From: Geosiphon pyriformis uo1
Taxonomy: Eukaryota; Fungi; Glomeromycota
Assembly: GCA_016748015.1 (NCBI GenBank)
Contig: JAAOMT010000134.1
Location: 998,757-1,062,756, forward strand
DNA length: 64,000 nt
Direction of reading: 5' to 3'
In this document: piece by piece, positions 1-13,150 of the stretch
Layout of the letters: each line of letters opens with the position of its first letter
How positions within the stretch are numbered: the first letter of the stretch is position 1
Program-made: the position numbers and the translations under genes
Notes under the pieces: generated by a model
What the model was told of the DNA's origin: nothing
The model's input: only the letters and a program-made list of their open reading frames with translations
Database searches by the model: none

Positions 1-960
1 ATTTTTTTTAAATAAATATTAAATTAAGATTTAACTTAAAAAATAATAAAATACTGCTAATTATAACATATTAAATAGAATTATTTTTATAAAAAAAATT
101 TATAAAAAACATCAAAAAATTAACTTAATTTATTAATAATTTAAAATATTACTTAATTTTAAGTTTAAATTATTAAAAGTTAAAAAAACCAAATTTAATA
201 AAAAAATATTAAAATTAATAAAACATTTTTTTATTTTAATATTTATTATATAAGCTTAAATTTTGTTATTAAATACAATAAAATAACCAATTAAAACATA
301 AATATAAACAAAAAAATTAAATTAAAAAAATAAACTTTTTAATAAAATTATATTTTAAAACAATATAATTAAAATAATTACAAATTATAAATTTAAATAA
401 GTTGAATTTTGTTTATATTAAAACAAATATTAAAATTAAAGCTTTTATCTAAAATGGTTTTTAACTTAAAACAAACTATAATATATTAATTTTTTATATA
501 TATAAAAAGATATTTATTAATAATACAAATTTTTTATTTATAAAAACTAAATATTTTTAAAGTATATAATACATATTTTTTTAATCAAAATTTTTTTATT
601 TATATTAGTTTTTATAATATATACAGTTTTTTTTAATTAAAATAATAAAAAAAACTGTTTTATATTTATTATATTATTTATTTTACCAAAGTTAAATTTT
701 TTAAAAAAAGTTATTAATATGTTTTTAATACAATTGGTTTTAAACATTAAAATATTTAAAATATTTAAAAATTTAATATTACTTTTAGTTTTAATGCTAA
801 AATTATTATTATTATTTTTGGATTAATTTTAACTATTTTATTCCTATTTACAATACTGTATTTATTATCTAAAATTGTAAACTTTTTTAAAAAAGCATTG
901 TTATTATTGTTAAAACTAAGAATTTTAATTTATTATAATAATAATAAAATTTTTAAAGTT
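1..960. repeat. Extremely AT-rich desert, probably a terminally mutated TE relic
   Basis: Roughly 10% GC, no CpG and no ORFs; surviving C/G lie mostly in ApC/GpT context. Confidence 0.6.
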
Positions 961-972
961 GCAATTTTTTAA

Positions 973-1253
973 GAGAATTGCTAAATCGACCCACCCGCAA
1001 CACGTGATATTAATATATATAGAATTTTAATATTTATTTATTAGTAATTCTAATAAATATTAGTTTAATTAAAATAAAAAATAATATAGATTATATATTT
1101 TAATTTTTTATTATGCCTTAAGTAATTTATAGTGTTTTATAATTAAAAAACACTTTGTTGTGGACAACCATAATATTCGTTATATATAGTTGAATACGAA
1201 ACTATGACGTAAATGATATCACGTGTTGCGAGTGGGTCGATTTAGCAATTTCC
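973..1253. mobile_element. MITE-like element with 35-bp terminal inverted repeats
   Basis: AATTGCTAAATCGACCCACCCGCAACACGTGATAT (976-1010) is the reverse complement of 1216-1250 with 1 mismatch. Flanks TTTTTTAA (965-972) and TTTTTCAA (1254-1261) look like an 8-bp TSD with one C/T change. Confidence 0.75.
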
Positions 1254-1305
1254 TTTTTCAATAGTATTTATTTTTATTTTTATTTTTCTAAAAGTTTGCT
1301 CCATT

Positions 1306-4300
1306 ATGACAGAAACAATTAAAGGTGATCCATTCTTTAAATTTTCTTTCAAATTTTATGTTTTTTAATAGCTTTTTGTTTTGCAGAACTTCACTTGAGA
1401 CGATTTTATATTGGTGGTTTGTCTAAAGATGTCACTGAGAAAGACCTTTATGAAAGATTTACTTCTTTTGGCGAGGTCGCTCGAGTAGACATTGTTCGAC
1501 ATCCAGACACAGGTAAACCTCAAGAAATCAAACAATTAGTGGATAAATTACATTCATTTGGAATTGAGTGATATTATTTCAGCAAGAAATTGTTTATTAT
1601 CATTTCTATTGATTATACATCAGGAGAATGTCGTGGTTTCGCCTATATTAGCGTTAATACAACTGATAGTGGCTGGCAAAGATGTAGGTTATTTTTTTTA
1701 TTCACTTTCTTGATGAGCCAAAGATTGTATTCTTGATTAGATTTTATTATCATTCTTATGTAAAATTGGACGCAACCCAAAATTTTTTAATAAAAATCAA
1801 TCGTACATACAAAAAATCAGGCATCAAAATATTTAATGGGGCAAAATGGAAGGGAATGACATTAAAAATCCAGGATGCAAAGCCTGATTACAGACAAAGG
1901 TCTGTTTCCCATATGGCTTACCTCTGAAATCTTATTTATATCTTAATACTTTCACTTTTGTTCAAATGAAAGATTAAAAGATGAGTGGGAACTTCAAAAG
2001 GAAAAAGAGAAACTTACCACTGCGGCTACCAAGCAGCAGAAAAAACGTAAAAAGAAGCGAGGTGATGCGAATGCCAAATTGGCAGAGGATATGAGCATAA
2101 TAACCGACAATAATATTCATGGAAGAAAGGTTTGAAATAAATTAATGTATGGTTTGGCGTTAAATAACCTCATTTCTAATCACATCTCCAACTATAACAG
2201 AATTGGAAACGAACGATAGATGGACGCGCTGTTACTATTATGCATATGCGTAAACCAGATGGGAGCAAGGTTTTTTTTTACCTAAATCATGCTATTTTTG
2301 TCCATGTATTTAGTTGAAGTGAGAATTGAGCTTCAATTATTTTTTAAGGTGATCATTGATCCGAGCCAATATAAAAATAACTTTCAGAAGCTGTTTGATA
2401 CCAGTCTTGTGAAGCCCAAGCCATTACATGAATTAATCTTTCAGTATGAGGAGAAATATGATAGGAGGTTTACTACAGAGAAGGGTTTGAGAGTGAAGAT
2501 ATTGGTTTCTCCTCGGGGCGATAATTCAACCAATCAAACTATGGAATATTTCAACGATCACTATGGAAATGAGGGATTGGAACATAAGTCAGGTTCTGGT
2601 AAGAGGCAAAAGCAAAATCAACAAAGAAAAATATAGCTTTTGGATTAAGCATCAACACCAATCTTATCAGGTGCATTACCGCTATCAATAATTGACGACC
2701 TTCGCAATCTAATGCCTAACAAAAACTCCGATGAAGTCTCTTCCCGGAAAGTAATTACTTGATATTAGAAAAAGAGTTTAGAATATTACATTGAAATATA
2801 AACTTAATGATGTCATCCTTGGCTATCTTGGTCTTTAGGAGCAATCAAATAATATTCGCCTTCAAGCATTGAAACAACGAGGGCAAGAAGAACGCGAAAA
2901 AAAAGCTAAAATTGGCCAGGCACTCCGCAAGGATCCAGAATTAAAGGCCAGTATGAAAATTACCCTCGTTTATGCGTCTTCATAAAAGCTAATAAGCGCA
3001 ATATATTAATTACCTTAGACAAGCAAGGGCCATATTAAATTTTCTGACAGTGAAAATGACGCCTCCGACAAGATGAGCTTATTTAGCACAGGAGACGAAG
3101 AGCTCATGGACGAAGTTCCAGAAAATATTGGTATCCTTAAAATATTCAATCATCATTTCAAGGCTTCTCACTCAAGTTTTACATGATGTATTTTCCTTTG
3201 TTTTTGATAGAAATCAATCCCATATTTGAGGGTGATCGAGGTCGCGAACGTCTCAACCTACAAAAAGGCTTTCGAGGCGATCAACGATTCAAATTAACCA
3301 AAGATTTTATGGATGACCTCGAGAAATTGGAAGATGAAAATTTTCAAGCAAATAAGGACTCTTCGAACCACAATATTCAAAAGCAAGATCGTGCTGATGA
3401 TAATATATCTGAAACATTGGATGAAGAAAAGTTAAAAAGTATGGGAATTCTAAAAAGCATGTTTGGCATGGACATAGACAAGCCGAATTTATCTTCGTAA
3501 GCAATTTCTACGTATATCACTTTTCAAATTCAACTTTTAATTCATATTTCAACTGTTAAATGAAGCCCGAATTTTCTATGGAATGAAATGATCCATTTTG
3601 ATCCTGATGGGCCAGCCGAAAAAATATTGAGAGCTAATAGGGAAGAGCCAGATGAGTTTGAAGGTCAAAATATGAATATTTGTGTAGCTGCATTTTTGAA
3701 ATGAACTTATCAAGAAACTTGACTTTTTTTGCAGAGATTCCCGTTTCAAAATCGTTCGTATCCCCTCTCCCTCAGGTTTCCAAAGACGTTAAAGTAGAAA
3801 TCAATACCAATTTGAAAACAGTCTTTGCTCAAAGCACATCTCAAGGTAAATGGATGATGTCTTTCAACCCAGAGATTTAAGGCTTGAAACACACCAATAA
3901 TAACCGCATTTTATTGATGCTCTATTCAGCTGCTTCCTTTTCACTTTTTGGTCATTCTGAGGATCAACAAGTTGATAAAATTGAGAAAGAAAATGCAACC
4001 GAGAAGCAGGCAAAGAATAAAGATGATAAACCCATTTTTTCTTCAGTAAGTCAAAAAATTATTCTCCTAAGAAAAATAAATGATTAATATATTCACAATA
4101 CTCTACTCCAGTTTATTGAAAAACTAGCCTCCCCAACAACAGCAAAAGCAACAGTGACAACAACAAAAACTCTTAATCCTTTATTCTTTTTTCATTTTGG
4201 AGATGAAGCCTTATCAAAGAGGTATAATGTGTATTTTTGTTCCAAAATTTTGTCACTATATTTAAATTTGATGGGAAATATATCAGGACACATTATCGAG

Positions 4301-4517
4301 AAACAAATATATTCATGCGAACCTCACCAATGTAAGTTTTAATAAATATCTATCTATTAGCTCATTATCCTATATATTGACCAATTATCCCGAATCAAAA
4401 TAAAGGGAAAAAATCATAGAACATTGGGAAAACACACGAGGTGAGATGACTCAAGAGTTCAAGCGAAAGCATCGATCTGTAACTCGCAAACGACGAAAGA
4501 TAATACGAAAAGATTAG
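1306..4517 (+). CDS. NOL8: Nucleolar protein 8 (NOL8/Nop8-like RRM ribosome biogenesis factor), multi-exon
   Basis: Spliced N-terminal RRM (RRFYIGGLSKDVTEKDLYERFTSFGEV...ECRGFAYI...FNGAKWKGMTLKIQDAKPDY), internal GDQRFKLTKDF, and C-terminal WENTRGEMTQEFKRKHR; GT-AG introns. Confidence 0.85.
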
Positions 4518-4778
4518 AATTCATATTTTTAAAATGGTTTTAATTCTTCTAAGTTTGCTATTACCAAATAATTAAATTTATTCGGTTTTTTATTTTACGA
4601 AATTTATAATGTACAAAATTTTCTAAACTAACAAAATAAATAAAGAATGATCTATACATTACTGATAAATATTTTTAATAAGCTCATAAATTAAAATCTA
4701 AGCTTTTCTGGATTATCATTTGAGCCTTTATATATGGCTTCTTTTCCTTTCAAATCTCCATATCGTTAAGTTATTACC

Positions 4779-6833
4779 ATGCCAATACATCAGTTTGAAG
4801 AAAAGACTTTTACAAAAATAACTTACTGTCACCATTGTCGTAAGCTCCTTTGGGGAATAGCCCGGCAAGGTCTTTGCTGCAAAGGTATTTTCCCTTTTCA
4901 AGAGCTACACCTTCCAAACATTTTCAGGCTCAAGACCCTTTTAATGTAATAGCTTGTGGCTTTATATCTCACACGAAATGTCAGGAAAATGTAAGTAATA
5001 ATTGTAGTGGAGATCAAGATACACTTTCACAAAAATCTAGAAGTTCGGAGAATGGTAGGACCGATAACAATAGTGCCATTAATCCTTCAACTGCTGAATT
5101 CAGTTGGTCAACTCTTACTGACGCTTCAGAATGCTCTATATCTGCTCAAACAAATCAAGAACCCCTTTCAGACCTTAACATAATTGGATCTTCACAAAAG
5201 ATTCAACACGTCTCATTCGAATCGGATAATTTAGTATCATCCCAAACTGAAAAGGAATCTTTAACAGCCCCTAAACTCACAAACCTCCGCCGATCTAGTT
5301 CAATGGACTCCTTAGTTCCCGGGTCCAAAGCCAAGAGACCACTAATTTCCTATTCAACTTTACCAAACATGCAAAGTAACTTGTCGAATTCTTCGCCGAA
5401 AGCATCACAGCCTTTAACCCCATTAATGTCTATCGGATCGAAGATTATTCAAGAATTAATTGTCTCATCTGCTATTAATATGAATAATGCTGCTAAATTA
5501 TCCTCCGATTCGGCGCATCCACCTCTAAACCTTCAGACTACCACTATAAATTTTAAAAAATTTGTCCAAAAATGCGGGTTTATTTTCGCATTACAAGATA
5601 GTGTTGAAAATTTGATTTTATGGAAAAATTCTGCAAATACCCTTTTGGCTATGGTTATATATGTATATATATGTAAGTATAAACACTTCTTACCGTCTTT
5701 TTTCTTATGAAAATTTCCGAAAACTCGGGGTTTGGTATTATTAACCCAAGATTATCATTTTTTCCAGGCATCTACCCTCACCTTATGATTCTTCTTCCGT
5801 TGGTCGGATTGTTATCCCTTTTGATATCTTTTTATCACAAAAGATTTCCCAAAGGACCGGCTCAGAAGCTTCATGGTAAACATTGGAAAAAGCACAGAAA
5901 AAGGCAATCAGATCCCTTTCTTCCAGCGGAAAACTCGGTTGATTATTTAAAGAATATGCAAAATATTCAGAACATGATGGGAATGATCTCTGATGCATAT
6001 GACGCACTCATCCCCGTCCTGAAACATCTCGATTGGAGCAATGAGGAAGAATGTTTAAGAATAACTCAGATTGCGGTTTTGACATTGGCTTTGTTGACCG
6101 GGACTGTCTGGTTTATCCCTTGGCGAAAAGTGTTTATAGTTTTTGGTTTAAGCATCTTCGTTGCCAACAATAAATTTGTCAAGGTGTTATTAAAAGAGAC
6201 CAGTCCCTTACTCTTTCAACGGATAAAAATTATGTTGGCCCTATGGAGCAAATCCTTGACACTTGAGGAAGAGGATGAATTAGAACAGGATGAAATTACA
6301 ATATCTGTTTTTGAAAATCAACGGTGGTGGTAAGTTTGCCTCTATTATTTTCTTAATCTCTCTTATACAGCAACCTCAATTTTTTGGCCTTTTCATAGGA
6401 CTGGCGATGGATTCCGTCCTTTATTGTTACGTTCTGAAAGGGCACCATGGTCTTCTATGTCGGGCACCACAGGACTACCCTCAAAAGAAGTATTGTTATT
6501 GTTACAAATAACCAATTTAGGAATTTAAAGATATTTTTGCTAAGTTTGTCATTTCAAATTTAGGATTTTCCAGTTCCACTAGGATATGAATGGGTAGAGG
6601 ATTGGAGTTTAGATATGGATAATCTCTGGGAAGATGAAAATGGTGCAGAAGAAATAGTGGACCCAGATGAAGGAGGATGGGTGTACACTGATCATCAATG
6701 GGAAAATACAGCGACAAAAAGTATTTCTGGTCCAAAGCTTGTGACAAGACGTAGAAAGTGGATCAGAAAAGCAAAGAAAGTAAATATTGGGAGTAATTCG
6801 AATTCATCCCCTATTAATGAGGGTGCATCATAA
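4779..6833 (+). CDS. C1-domain-containing Pex24p/Pex28-32 family protein (reticulon-like TM region + DysF domain), multi-exon
   Basis: Exon 1 (4779-4884) plus exon 2 (from 4953) give [50 protein letters not shown] (C1). Followed by [11 protein letters not shown] and hydrophobic hairpins, [13 protein letters not shown], and DysF motifs FENQRWW...EGGWVYTD...TRRRKWIR. Confidence 0.85.
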
Positions 6834-6987
6834 TGGATACAGAAATTCTGCGCAACATCTTCGATTTCATCACCTTAATCGAGATTATAAAAACAATAAA
6901 GTTAACGGACATATTATCCTAAAGTAATAAAAGTGGTAGATCTAAGATCAATTTCAAAGAGCTATTCTATTTAAACTAAACATGGTT

Positions 6988-8508
6988 TTAATTAGTCACC
7001 ATCAGAACGCCGGAGGGAACTGCAAGACGAAGTTAGTCGGTTTATTAAACTCAGAACATTCAAACTTCACAGGGTAAATACCTAGATCTGGTGAAAAATT
7101 AATATGTTAAAAAATATTAAATTTTAATCTTGAAAGAACTTCAAGAGGCTTACCAAGTTCCTTGAGAGTTTTGTTCTCAAAATTAATCCGGTCCAAAACT
7201 TTCCTGTTCATTGTAAAGTTTTTATATATAGTCAGAACTTTTAAATAAAACACACTAATCCTATTAATACCTTGGAAAAGTGGTCATTAGTCTGAATGGG
7301 TGAGTAATATGTTTGCCAACATAATCATAAACTATTCCAAGCGTGTCAGAAGATTGAAATGTCTGTGTGAAAGGGGTGCCTCCATCTTGCCGTCGTATCT
7401 TAAAAGAGAGAAAATTCAAAGATAAGAGATTTGCGGACGGTAGACAAAGGTATTATCTACCTGCAGCCTCGTTTCTGAATACTCTTTCACTACTCCAGGA
7501 GTAGAACTAGAAGCCGAGGGGACCTCTAAGCTAGGTGTTTGGAGAGTTGACTGCTTGGCAGCTTCGCGCTAAGCAAAAAAGGCCTTTTAATATCTATCAG
7601 AAATTAAATGCCGGTTTGAAGAATTTTCATTTATGATTACCTTCGCAGCCCTGTCTCTTTTATCAGCCTCAATCTGAGCTTTTATCTTTGCCTTTGCTAT
7701 TCTTTCTTCTTCTTTCTCCTTTTTCTTAGCAATCAATGTTTTTTGCAAATCTTTCTCTTCGAACTTTTCTTTTGCGTCGGTCAATTCTCTTCCAGACTTT
7801 CTACGAACTTTTTCGCGATTTTTTTCCTCTTCCTTTTCCGCCAAGAGTCTAATCTCACGTTTCTCCATAAGCCTTTGCTTGAGTTCCTGTAATTTTTCAG
7901 CTTTCTCCTCTTCCGTAAGAGGTTTTATAGCTGTCGTTGATTCGGAGAAATTTACATGACCAGTCTTTATCGCATGCCGTTCCGCTGCGCTGGCTATGTT
8001 ACGACAAATAGCGACAGTGTAAAGAGATGAAGAACCCTTGAAAGCCCACAAATACTAAAGCCCGATAATATGTGTTACCGTCCCGCAACAGTCTTTGGCA
8101 ATCATTGCATTGTAAGGACTGGGCTGTTTGTTCCCCATCTTGTATTTCATCTACCATAAAAACTAGTTATAGTGGCTTTCTAACCGAGTTAAACATACCC
8201 TTTAATACACTCACCGCCCTCATCAACGAGGGAAGATCTTTCTGGCATAACTGTAGTCTGAGAATTTGACGGCCCACTAACGGTTTGGGGCTCGGGTGTT
8301 TCTTCAAGATCACCAGGGTGTGCTAATAACCAATCCATAGCTGACTGGAGACCTCCAGTTGCTTTCAGAGCACGAACTCTGAAAGACATAAAAGATCAAC
8401 AGTGATTTAAAAGAATCTCGCGATTATAATTTTCTTTTGAGCTACGTACACTTTTTCGGGCTCAAAGCCCATGTCAACCAAGGCATCATGATCTGAACGT
8501 GCGCTCAT
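6988..8508 (-). CDS. UBXN1: UBA/C2H2/coiled-coil/UBX domain protein (UBXN1-like p97/Cdc48 cofactor), multi-exon
   Basis: MSARSDHDALVDMGFEPEK|VVRALKATGGLQSAMDWL (UBA), CNDC...AERHAIKTGH, E/K-rich coil, and UBX ETRLQ...MTTFPR...TLKELDLVPSGVLMVTN* using a 6-nt exon at 7082-7087. Confidence 0.85.
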
Positions 8509-8619
8509 AAGTACAAGTTTAGGGAAAAAGGTTGAACAGGAAAATCTATAAAAATCATGAATTTTATTTACTTTTGGAGATTTTCATTTTCAGAATGAAA
8601 TTTCCTTTATTCATAATAC

Positions 8620-10600
8620 AAAGATATATTTTATATTAAACTTTTAATATTAAAGATATTATTTTAAATTTAAATGTACCACTGTATTGTAATATATTGC
8701 AATACCATTTTTTAATTTAATTTTAATTATTAAGTATACGTTATGTTAACTAATTAGTTTTTTTGTAATATTTAATAACAATAAAACACTTTAATAAACT
8801 TATATTAACAATTTAAAAAATTAAAAAAAAACTTTTTAATAACTTATTATTATAAAAAACAAGATATTTAAATATTATATTAAAATAGCTTAAATTAACA
8901 AAAGTATATTATATCAAGTTATATAATTTATTAAAAAAAATAATTTAATAATTTATAGTTTAATAAACAGTAAAAAATAATAATTAAAATAATTATATAA
9001 ATATAATTATCACAAAAAATATTTTTTAAATTTTTAAATTTATTTATATATATAAATTAACAAAAATAATATTATTATTATAAATACTATAAAATATTAA
9101 TATATATTTTAGAATAATTAAAAATATTAAAAAATATTAAGATTGTTATAAAACATTTTGTATTATTAAAAAAAAATAGAGATATAAATAATATTAATTA
9201 ATAAAAAATAATTAAAAAATTAAAAACTGTTTTTATTTTTATTTAAAACTTAAAAATTTAAAAAAATATAACTTAATTAATATTTTGGATTAATAAGTTT
9301 TAAATACCAATTTTGTTAAAAAACAAAGTAAATTAAACATATAATTATTAAAAACAATATAATAAATTGAAATTTTGTTTTTTACATAAAATATTCAATT
9401 AACAAAACTTTTAAATATACTAAATTTTTAAAAACATTATTTATATAAAAATTTATTTAAAAAATACCTAAAATAACATACTTAAATTTTGTTAATATTA
9501 AATTTAAATTAAAATACTTAAAAGTTATAATTTATTTTTAAAAATTATTATATAAAAGTTTAAATAATTTGTTATTACTTTTAAATAACTATTATTTATT
9601 ATTAATTATTAATTAAATTTAAAAAATCTAAAAAAAAAACCAATTTAAAAACTTATTAAATCTTTTAAGTTAATAATAGCTATATTAATTTATTTTTATT
9701 ATTAATAATTTTATTAATATTTAAAATTATAACACAAAAAATATAAAAAAAACTTTTATTAATAAGAATTTTTTGTATATTAACTGAAAAATAATATCAA
9801 AAAACTTGTTATAAAAAAACATTTAATTAACAAAAAAAAACAAAAAAAAATAGAATAATACATTATATTTTATTTATAAAAATTTTTTTTTAAACTTTTA
9901 TAAAATATTTTCTAATTTTTTATAAATAAATAAATATGAATTTTAATAAACTATTTATAATTTAAACTGGTTAAATTTTATTTAAATTACTTAAAATTTA
10001 TAAATTTAAATTTAAATTGCTTAAATTTATTTTTGTATTTAAAATTTAAAGTTTTATTTATTTTAATTAAAATATTATATTATTAATACTTTTTAATAAA
10101 TATAAAAACAAAATTAATAAAATAATATATAATATTAAAATTAAGTTAATTTTTATTTTATATTATAATTTATAATATTAATAATTTTAATTAAATAATT
10201 TGGTTTGTTAATTTTGTAAAATTTAAATAATTTTTAAATCAGTAATATAAATAATTTTGTTTTAATTTTTAATTAATGATTTTTTTAATAAGTTATTTAA
10301 TTTTAATAAATTTATATTTATATTTATAATATTTATGTTTTTTATTAAGTTATTTGTAAAATTATATTTAATATAAAGTTATTTTTTCTTTATACAATAA
10401 TTTAATATTGTTTTAATATAAGTTTAAGTAAATAATTGTATTATTCAAATTTATAATATAATTTTATATAAAAATTAATATAGATATTAAAAAAATTACA
10501 TTTTATTAGAATATAATAAATAAATAAATATGAAAAGAATTATATTTTATTAAAGTATAATAAATAGATAAATAAATATTGAAAATATAAATATAAAGTT
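8620..10600. repeat. Extremely AT-rich desert (degenerate TE relic)
   Basis: About 2 kb of nearly pure A/T with an abrupt boundary next to the UBXN1 promoter. Confidence 0.6.
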
Positions 10601-10605
10601 TGGTT

Positions 10606-10641
<36 letters not shown>

Positions 10642-10740
10642 TACATTAGTTTTTTAATTTATTAAACAAAATTATTAAAATGTATCTAAATTAATTTATA
10701 TTTAAATATGTAAATAATCTATTCAATAAATCAAAATATT

Positions 10741-10744
<4 letters not shown>

Positions 10745-10805
<61 letters not shown>

Positions 10806-10807
10806 GC

Positions 10808-10853
<46 letters not shown>
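10745..10853 (+). repeat. Compound microsatellite (AAC)n(AAT)n
   Basis: Read directly from the sequence. Confidence 0.95.
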
Positions 10854-11510
10854 TAATGATTATTTTATTTTATTTTTATTAAAAAAACTTTAAACTTGTG
10901 ATTGATTTTTATAAAATAACGATAAAAAATTTCATTACATTTAATAAATGTACGTTATTATTAGCTAATTGAAGTTTAATTATATTTTATTAACTGGAAG
11001 TCTGTCCCTTTTCTGTATATTTGAATACATAGATTTTATTTAGGATGGGTAATATTTGATCTCTGAATATGGTTAGCGGAGGAGGAAAGTTTATTTCCCA
11101 CCTTATCATGTTCAATGCGTCATTTAAAGATCAGAGGCTTGTGAATTTTACCTTAAAATATTTATCACCGAGAATGATTGATGATTGAAGTTTTGATTTG
11201 GAATCAATTCAAACTTTACCCGATGTAGAAGCTTAATTCACCAATGAAATATATAGCCCGCGGGCTGGTTGGCTGGCTTATGTAACTCATATTTGCAGAT
11301 CAGAATCTTACCTATCAAAATTGGGAACAAATATCATAAGGTCAGTCTTCTCAAAAGGTTATATTATCTATAATATATAATATTACATTTTTCATTGGAC
11401 TCGATTTAATCTTTCTTTGGTAAAAGATCTATTAAAAGAGGTAAAAATGACAACTATATACACAAAAGATTGAGTTAAAGTGGAAATCAAAAATATCCAT
11501 TATTTTTTGG

Positions 11511-11628
11511 GATGGTGATGATGATGGTGGTGATGATGATGATGATGATAATGATAAGGAGGAAGGAAGGAAGGAAGGAAGGAAGGAAGGAAGGAAGGAA
11601 GGAAGGAAGGAAGGCAGGAAAGAAAGAA

Positions 11629-11663
<35 letters not shown>

Positions 11664-11687
11664 ATTTATATATATATATATATATAT
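11511..11687 (+). repeat. Compound microsatellite (GAT)n(GGAA)n(AAT)n(TA)n
   Basis: Read directly; it produces the spurious low-complexity ORFs at 11432-11769. Confidence 0.95.
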
Positions 11688-11815
11688 CAAAACTTCCGAG
11701 AATCAATCTATTGGAGTTCATAAAAAACTATTTGATCAAATGAAAAATGAAACAAAAGATAAAAATTAAAAGATCCAGAACAATTTAAACTCTTTTCTAA
11801 TTTTTAATAAAATTA

Positions 11816-12180
11816 TTATTCCTTTTGGTTATTGTTATATCTCCAATACCAAATTAGCATTGAGAATATTAATATGATTATAAAGAAGGAGATTAATGAC
11901 ATGAGGCGATTATATTTTCGCCATTTACGATCCGTTAGCGTACTAGGATGTAGAGGATATATGGCGCCAAACCACCAGAATGGAATTATTATGAACCCAA
12001 AAAGGAAACAAACGGAACCAAATGGACATAAAGCTACAGGTTCTGGAGGATGCAACATTCGACGAGGCGGTGATAAACTTGGGTATGTTACATCTTCAAT
12101 TGATAATTGTTTTGGAGGTGAAAGATTTTGTTCCCCTTTGCGTCTTTGATTACTACTACTACTACTACTACTACTAATAC

Positions 12181-12218
<38 letters not shown>

Positions 12219-12787
12219 GTGTTTTTTTTGTTATTTTTTTGTTGTCGTGACTTTCTTGCAATTTCTTCTTTTGCAGCGCCAGCAGCTGAAGTAGAAGCTT
12301 CTGGTTCTTGGGAAAATATTTTCTCATTGGTACGTTCTATTCTTTCTTGTGAGGTTGGTTGGTTCTCTGAATCAGGTGAATAAAATTGATATGTCCAGGA
12401 AGGCCATGAATTTGATGAAGTCTTTGAATTTCTTTTATCTGAATCATTAATACTATTTTCATTGGTACTAGTTATTCTTGCGGGTTCTAGCAGTGTTACT
12501 ATCGGAATCACAAATTCTTTTCCTGACCGGGGATTATTAGGAGTTAAAGGTGTTATAGGGGTAGTGGGTGTAGAGGTTTGAGGTGTTTTTGATCCGTCGA
12601 TAGTAGGAGGAGTAAAATTAAAAATTAAAGGAGCTGAACTACTGGTGCTACTAATTGAAACTTGTTTTAAGGTCGGTTTAGTAGCCGAACTAGTAGTAGT
12701 ACCGAAAGTGTGAAATTTGCCTGTCCCATAACCTCTTCCCATTAAAAGATTTTCCGTTACCTTGTAAGACCAACCTCCTGGGTTCAC
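11816..12787 (-). CDS. Hypothetical protein: disordered S/T/P/N-rich N-terminus with C-terminal transmembrane helices; start uncertain
   Basis: 323-aa ORF ending in CPFGSVCFLFGFIIIPFWWFGAIY...RKWRKYNRLMSLISFFIIILIFSMLIWYW. The frame stays open upstream to a TAG/possible splice acceptor near 12911. Confidence 0.7.
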
Positions 12788-13114
12788 TTCATGGATCGGT
12801 TGATAGGTTAAGGAAGGTGGTATAATAGGTCGAGGTATAGGGACCCGCCCCCCTCCAGAAGGCCTCCTTTGTAGTGCCGTGATTGTGTACGGTAATAAAG
12901 GAGGTTTTGCCTAGGTCAATGCTGAGAGTATATATGACACAAAAGATAGAGAAAGATTTTTGAAAAAGTTGGCGGTAATTAAGGAAAGGGTAGCTTTAAA
13001 AACTAAAGCTTGTGGTAGTTGCGGTGGTGGTGGTGGTGGTGGTGGTTTTCGCGTTACTGAAAATTTTAAGGTAGCGTTGGAGTTGACAGTGGTGGTGGTG
13101 GTGGTGGTGGTGGT

Positions 13115-13150
13115 GGGTTAGGGTTAGGGTTAGGGTTAGGGTTAGGGTTA
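13115..13150 (+). repeat. Interstitial telomere-type repeat (GGGTTA)6, abutting (GGT)n
   Basis: Six perfect GGGTTA units directly after a GGT tract (~13089-13114). Confidence 0.95.

Noticed and set aside
8620-10600. A/T deserts as organellar or endosymbiont insertions, or as centromere cores
   Set aside because: No recognisable genes or tRNAs; the residual dinucleotide pattern fits end-stage TE mutation. A centromeric role cannot be judged from sequence alone.
11432-11769. Poly-Y/L/I/H/M/N ORFs
   Set aside because: Translations of microsatellites, not genes.
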